Positions 59,952-64,000 of a stretch of 64,000 nucleotides of DNA are shown piece after piece. The notes beneath the pieces are model-generated. The model saw only the letters and a program-made list of their open reading frames with translations, made no database searches and was not told the origin of the DNA. The DNA comes from an uncultured delta proteobacterium (GTDB taxonomy: Bacteria; Myxococcota_A; Polyangia; Fen-1088): assembly GCA_963767925.1 (NCBI GenBank), contig CAVYGB010000002.1, forward strand, positions 672,001-736,000, written 5' to 3'. The position numbers and the translations under genes were made by a program. Each line of letters opens with the position of its first letter. Within the stretch, counting starts at the first letter, position 1.

Positions 59952-61577
59952 TCAGTTCCCGCTGCTGATCGTGCGGGTGTTCAGGTCCTGCACCTCGCGG
60001 AAGCTGCCCTCGTGCGAGAACTCGGCGAGCTGGGCGGCCGACACCGGCAGCGGGTTGGCGTAGACGTGCCAGCGCACCCCCTCGCTGCAGGGGGGCGTGG
60101 TCAGCGAGCCGGAGTAGGACCAGCCGTCCTTGTCGGCCGGCAGCAGGGCCGACGGGTCGATGTTACCCGCCAGCGCGGTGGCGGTCTCGTCCGCGGTGTC
60201 CATCGCGGCGAACACCGGGGCCAGTGGGACGCTGGCGTCGTCCCCTTCCTCGAACATCACCCCCAGCACCGCCAGCTCGCCGTCGGCCGCCTTGTGCACG
60301 AGGTGCATCTCCAGCGGGGCCTGGTTGCCATCGATTGTGTGCTCGCTCTGGGCGTGGAAGTGGAACTGCAGCAGGTTGAAGTCCTTGCCGCCCAGGGTGA
60401 TCTTGTTGGTCCCCCCGGTGAAGTTGACCTGCACGGTGTGCCCGTTGTCGACGATGCTGGCGGGCGCCGCCGAATAGGAGGTCATCACCCCGTCGAGCGC
60501 GTCGGCGGCGACGGTGTCGGGGATGTTGATCGGCGACTGCTCGGCGCCGGTGCCGCAGCGGCTGTACTCCCCGCTGCCGAGGGTGCCCCAATCATCCTCC
60601 TCGGCGTACTCCCAGTGGGCGGCGGTGAAGGTGCCGTTGCCCGAGGTGATCGTCCGGGTGTTCAGGTTCTGCACCGGGCGGAAGCTGATCGCGTGCCGGG
60701 TGGTGAAGGCCGCGAGCTGGGCGGCCGAGACGTCCAGCACCGACGAGTAGACGTGCCAGCGCACCCCCTCGCTGCAGGGCGGGGTGGTGAGCGACCCGGC
60801 GTAGGTCCAGCCGTTGCGGTCGGCCGGCAGCAGGGTGGTCGGGTCGAGGTTGGCCGACAGGGCCACCGGGGTCGAGGAGGCCGCCCCCATCTGGTCGAAC
60901 ACCCCGTCGAGGGCCGCGTTCTCCGCCCCCGTCTTGTAGAGGATCCCCACCACGGCCAGCTCGCCGTCGGCCGCCCGGTGCACCATGTGCAGCTCGAGCG
61001 GGAAGGTTGCCCCGGCGATCGTGTGCTCGCTGTGGGCGTGGAAGTGGAACTGCAGCAGGCTGTAGTCCTTGCCGCCGAGGGTGACCTTGTTGGTGCCGCC
61101 CGTGAAGTCGACCTGCACGGTGTGGCCGTTGTCCTTGATGGTCCCGGGCGCCGCCGCGTAGGCGTAGGTCATCCCGGCCAGGGGCGAGAACTGCATCCAC
61201 TTCTTGATGTCGACCGGCGATTGCTGGGTGCCGGTGCCGCAGGTGGCATAACCGGGCAGATCGCCCCAGTGGCTGGGCCCCTCGTTCCCCTCGTACTCCC
61301 AGTGCGCCGCCGTCACCGTGTCGGAGCTGGCGTCGCCGCCAGCGCCGTCGGGCACGGCCGCGTCGGGGCCCGGACCGTCGGGCGACGCGGTGTCGGGGCT
61401 CGCGGTGTCGGGCGTCGCGGTGTCGATGCGGGTGTCGGCCGGTCCGTCCTTTGGCGCGTCCACGGCGGCGTCCGCCGGTGGGTTGTCGTTGTCGTCGCCA
61501 CAGCCGGCGCCGATAAGGACGCAGGCGATCACCGCCGCTGCCCGCATCGTCACGTCAAGCTTGCCTCTCGAAGTCAT
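59952..61577 (-). CDS. Lipoprotein with two tandem alpha-carbonic anhydrase domains
   Basis: Lipobox GAGC; each domain has QSP(V/I)(D/N)I, NGHTVQ, QFHFH..SEH, E.H.VH, GSLTTPPCSEGV. Confidence 0.92.
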   Translation of the reverse strand: MTSRGKLDVTMRAAAVIACVLIGAGCGDDNDNPPADAAVDAPKDGPADTRIDTATPDTASPDTASPDGPGPDAAVPDGAGGDASSDTVTAAHWEYEGNEGPSHWGDLPGYATCGTGTQQSPVDIKKWMQFSPLAGMTYAYAAAPGTIKDNGHTVQVDFTGGTNKVTLGGKDYSLLQFHFHAHSEHTIAGATFPLELHMVHRAADGELAVVGILYKTGAENAALDGVFDQMGAASSTPVALSANLDPTTLLPADRNGWTYAGSLTTPPCSEGVRWHVYSSVLDVSAAQLAAFTTRHAISFRPVQNLNTRTITSGNGTFTAAHWEYAEEDDWGTLGSGEYSRCGTGAEQSPINIPDTVAADALDGVMTSYSAAPASIVDNGHTVQVNFTGGTNKITLGGKDFNLLQFHFHAQSEHTIDGNQAPLEMHLVHKAADGELAVLGVMFEEGDDASVPLAPVFAAMDTADETATALAGNIDPSALLPADKDGWSYSGSLTTPPCSEGVRWHVYANPLPVSAAQLAEFSHEGSFREVQDLNTRTISSGN

Positions 61578-61825
61578 GGACGCCTCCCTGCCCGTGTTCG
61601 CTGCTAAGACACGCCGGCAGCAATGCCTCGAGCGTGCGCGCGTTCCATCGGAGGGTCGCGGCGGCGTTTTGAGCGCGCCGTCCGGACCGCGGGGAGATGC
61701 AGGTCTCGGCCTGACGACCGTGCCGATTCGGCGCCGGGGCCCGACGCGCGATCAGGGCTCTGCGGGGTCTGCGCCGCGATGGCCGTGACCGCCACCGGCG
61801 TGATGGCGCCCACGGGGCGCGCGGC

Positions 61826-63388
61826 TCACACCTGGCCGAGGGCGCTGCGGGCGCGGGCGATGAGGTCGTTGTCCCGCTCGCCGTTCGCCGGCAGCAGCGG
61901 CATGCTGGCCGCGAGGTAGCGCCCGCGCCAGGCGGGCGACACGTGGGCGTAGTCCTCGAGCGCGGCCGCGGCGAACTTGTAGTCGTGAGCCCCTCGCCCC
62001 TTGGCGATGGTGAGCCGGTTGGCGGTGGCGAGCACCGCCGGCGCGCCCCCGCCGCGCCCCTCGAGCAGGGCGAGGGCCTGGCCGGCGGCGCGCGCAGGAT
62101 CGCTGCCGATGGCGTCGAAGGCCGCCACCGCCGCCTCGGCCGGCTGGGCGCCCCGGGTGGGCACCCGCACGATCGTGTCGATGCGCGCCCCACCCTGGTA
62201 GCCGTCGTCGAGCTCGTCGCGGAACATGGCGAGGAAGGCCGGCGCCTGCAGCAACAGCAGGAGCTGCGTCTCGCGGTTGCCGCCCGCCTGCCCGCTCACC
62301 TGGTAGGCGTGGTGGAGGGCGTTGGCAGTGGTGAGCGCGTGCAGCGAGACGATCTCCGCATGCCGCAGCACCAGCTCGGCGGCGAACAGGAACAGCCCGT
62401 CCCACAGCGCCGCCGGCGCGGTCTTCGCTCCGAGCTGCGCGGCCACGGCGGCGCTGGCCTCCCCGGGGGTGGCCTTGCGCAGGGCCGCCAGCAGATCGCG
62501 GGTCGCCTCCGGGCGGGCCTTGCCCTCGGTCCAGTCGGGGCGGACCTTGGCCAGCCGGGCGAGGTTGTCCCGGAAGGGCCGATCGGCCGGCGCGTCCCGC
62601 CGGGCCGGGTTGCTCCCCTCGTGATCCAGGCAGGCGAAGGCCAGCGAGCGCAGCACCGGCTCGGCATGTTGCCAGCCGACCGTCTCGAGCGTGCGCCAGG
62701 CCCCCGCCGCGTAGATCGCCTTGTGGCCGATGTCGCGAAAGTCGCGGGCGCCGTAACGGAATATCAGATCGCGCAGCTCTTCTTTGCGGACCGCCCGGTG
62801 CAGCGCCACCATCGCCAGGTCGGCCGCCTCGGCGTCCCAGGCGTCCATCGCCTGCACGAACCGGACCCGGGCCTGGGCGGCCGGCGGCAGGCGGGCCGGA
62901 TCGGCCGCCGGCAGCCTCCAGCCGGCGTCGCCCTTGCGTCGCTTCGTCGCCTGCGACTCCTTGAAGGTGTCCATCGCCCACAGCAGCGGCAAGAAGCGAT
63001 CGCCGGCGGGCGCCGCCTGCGCCGCCAGGTGGGCGGAAGGAATGGCGAGCACGCAGTGGAACTCGAACCCCACCGGCCGGGCGCGGATGCTGCGCACGCC
63101 GGCCAGGAAGGTCGCGGCCAGCAGATCACGGTAGCTGGCCCCCGCCCGGATCTTCGCGGCGGCCGCCTCGATCAACTTCTCCCGCGGCGTCTCCTCCAGC
63201 ATCGCCACCAGCGGCTCCATGCCGCCCTCGAAGCGGACGGCGGCGGTCCGGGTCGGGACGGACGGCTCGGTGGCGGCGGCCGGGCGGGCCCCGCCGGTCA
63301 GCGCGTGCCCACCGAGACCGGCCAGCGCCCCGGCCAGGACGTGGCGGCGGCTGGCTCCCCCCTGGCGTCGAGTCGCAGGTTTGCCCAT
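61826..63388 (-). CDS. Tat-exported alpha-helical hypothetical protein with His motifs
   Basis: RBS GGAGG, SRRHVL Tat motif; FHCVL...SAH, IGHKAIY, LHALT..NALH, HDYKF. Confidence 0.7.
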   Translation of the reverse strand: MGKPATRRQGGASRRHVLAGALAGLGGHALTGGARPAAATEPSVPTRTAAVRFEGGMEPLVAMLEETPREKLIEAAAAKIRAGASYRDLLAATFLAGVRSIRARPVGFEFHCVLAIPSAHLAAQAAPAGDRFLPLLWAMDTFKESQATKRRKGDAGWRLPAADPARLPPAAQARVRFVQAMDAWDAEAADLAMVALHRAVRKEELRDLIFRYGARDFRDIGHKAIYAAGAWRTLETVGWQHAEPVLRSLAFACLDHEGSNPARRDAPADRPFRDNLARLAKVRPDWTEGKARPEATRDLLAALRKATPGEASAAVAAQLGAKTAPAALWDGLFLFAAELVLRHAEIVSLHALTTANALHHAYQVSGQAGGNRETQLLLLLQAPAFLAMFRDELDDGYQGGARIDTIVRVPTRGAQPAEAAVAAFDAIGSDPARAAGQALALLEGRGGGAPAVLATANRLTIAKGRGAHDYKFAAAALEDYAHVSPAWRGRYLAASMPLLPANGERDNDLIARARSALGQV

Positions 63389-63539
63389 GTCGGTCCCTCC
63401 GCGGTTGAGATTGCCACCGATCGGGGCAGAGACAACGCCCTCGCACGACAGGGGCCCACCCCGGGGCCTCCCCCATCCCGCGGGACGCACGATCCGGCCA
63501 ACGCGCGGCGCCGCCCGGCGTCCCCTCTACAAAGAGACG

Positions 63540-63714
63540 GCTGCTCGAGGGACAGCCCGGCGTCTTGCAGCCGCTCCGAGGCGGCCTGCAGGCCGCTACC
63601 GAGGGCGTGGCGCACGGCCGCCCGGAACAGCTCCTCCTTGGCGGAGAAGTGCAGGTTCAGGCCCTGCCGCGACAGGTGGGCGGCGCGGGCCACCTCCTCC
63701 ATCGACGTCTTTCG
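63540..63714 (-). pseudogene. TetR-family regulator fragment
   Basis: RKTSMEEVARAA.LSRQGL.LHF..KEELF HTH; both ends missing. Confidence 0.7.
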
Positions 63715-63819
63715 ACCCCGCCCACCTCGAGGGCCCCACCCCCTGGTGGCGCGCCGTCGGCCACGCCCCCGCCGACGCCACCCTCGCCCCCAGCGCCGTC
63801 CGCTGACCGTTCGAGCGCC

Positions 63820-64000
63820 TCAGCGCAGGTGGATGTCGGCGGCCCGGCAGGCGCGCAGGGCGCGCACGCGTTCGGGCGATCCGGTGCGGACGTTGCGGAA
63901 GCTGGCGCGCGCGTTCTCGAGATCCCCCTTGTGGCAAAACGCCCGGGTCAGCAGGCCCCAGCCGCGGTTGCTCTTGCGCACGAAGAAGCTCTGCCGGGCG
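63820..64000 (-). CDS. C-terminal end of a protein running off the window (TPR-like helical tail)
   Basis: ARQSFFVRKSNRGWGLLTRAFCHKGDLENARASF...RACRAADIHLR*. Confidence 0.55.
   Translation of the reverse strand, partial: ARQSFFVRKSNRGWGLLTRAFCHKGDLENARASFRNVRTGSPERVRALRACRAADIHLR

Overview
This is a very GC-rich bacterial window. It is most likely Myxococcota (Polyangia-like), inferred from MYXO-CTERM-type C-termini, a DUF1592/DUF1552 pair, a vWA lipoprotein and Cys-rich lipoproteins. Intact metabolic blocks include nagB-nagA-MFS, a three-subunit xanthine-dehydrogenase-family operon, a LysR/NmrA pair, and a five-gene amine/lysine catabolic operon led by an unusual Lat-like aminotransferase-GNAT fusion. 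There are also an aldo-keto reductase, an amidase, a sigma54 response regulator, stress genes (LysM/BON, YidB, GlsB), a tandem alpha-carbonic anhydrase and large surface proteins. Between these lies a heavily eroded accessory landscape: an IS4 element with a nonsense codon, two attC-bounded cassettes that keep antitoxins but have lost their toxins, a four-helix-bundle remnant with a long hairpin, REPIN-like and MITE-like repeats, and more than 10 deletion-joined gene fragments. The best candidates for something undescribed are a four-unit structured repeat array (core ACTTGAAAAGGGCACTAC), a tandem mini-ORF repeat diverging at synonymous sites, the Lat-GNAT and GNAT-2H fusions, and an orphan three-gene operon. 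No rRNA, tRNA or true CRISPR array was seen. All family assignments come from motif recognition by eye, not database searches.
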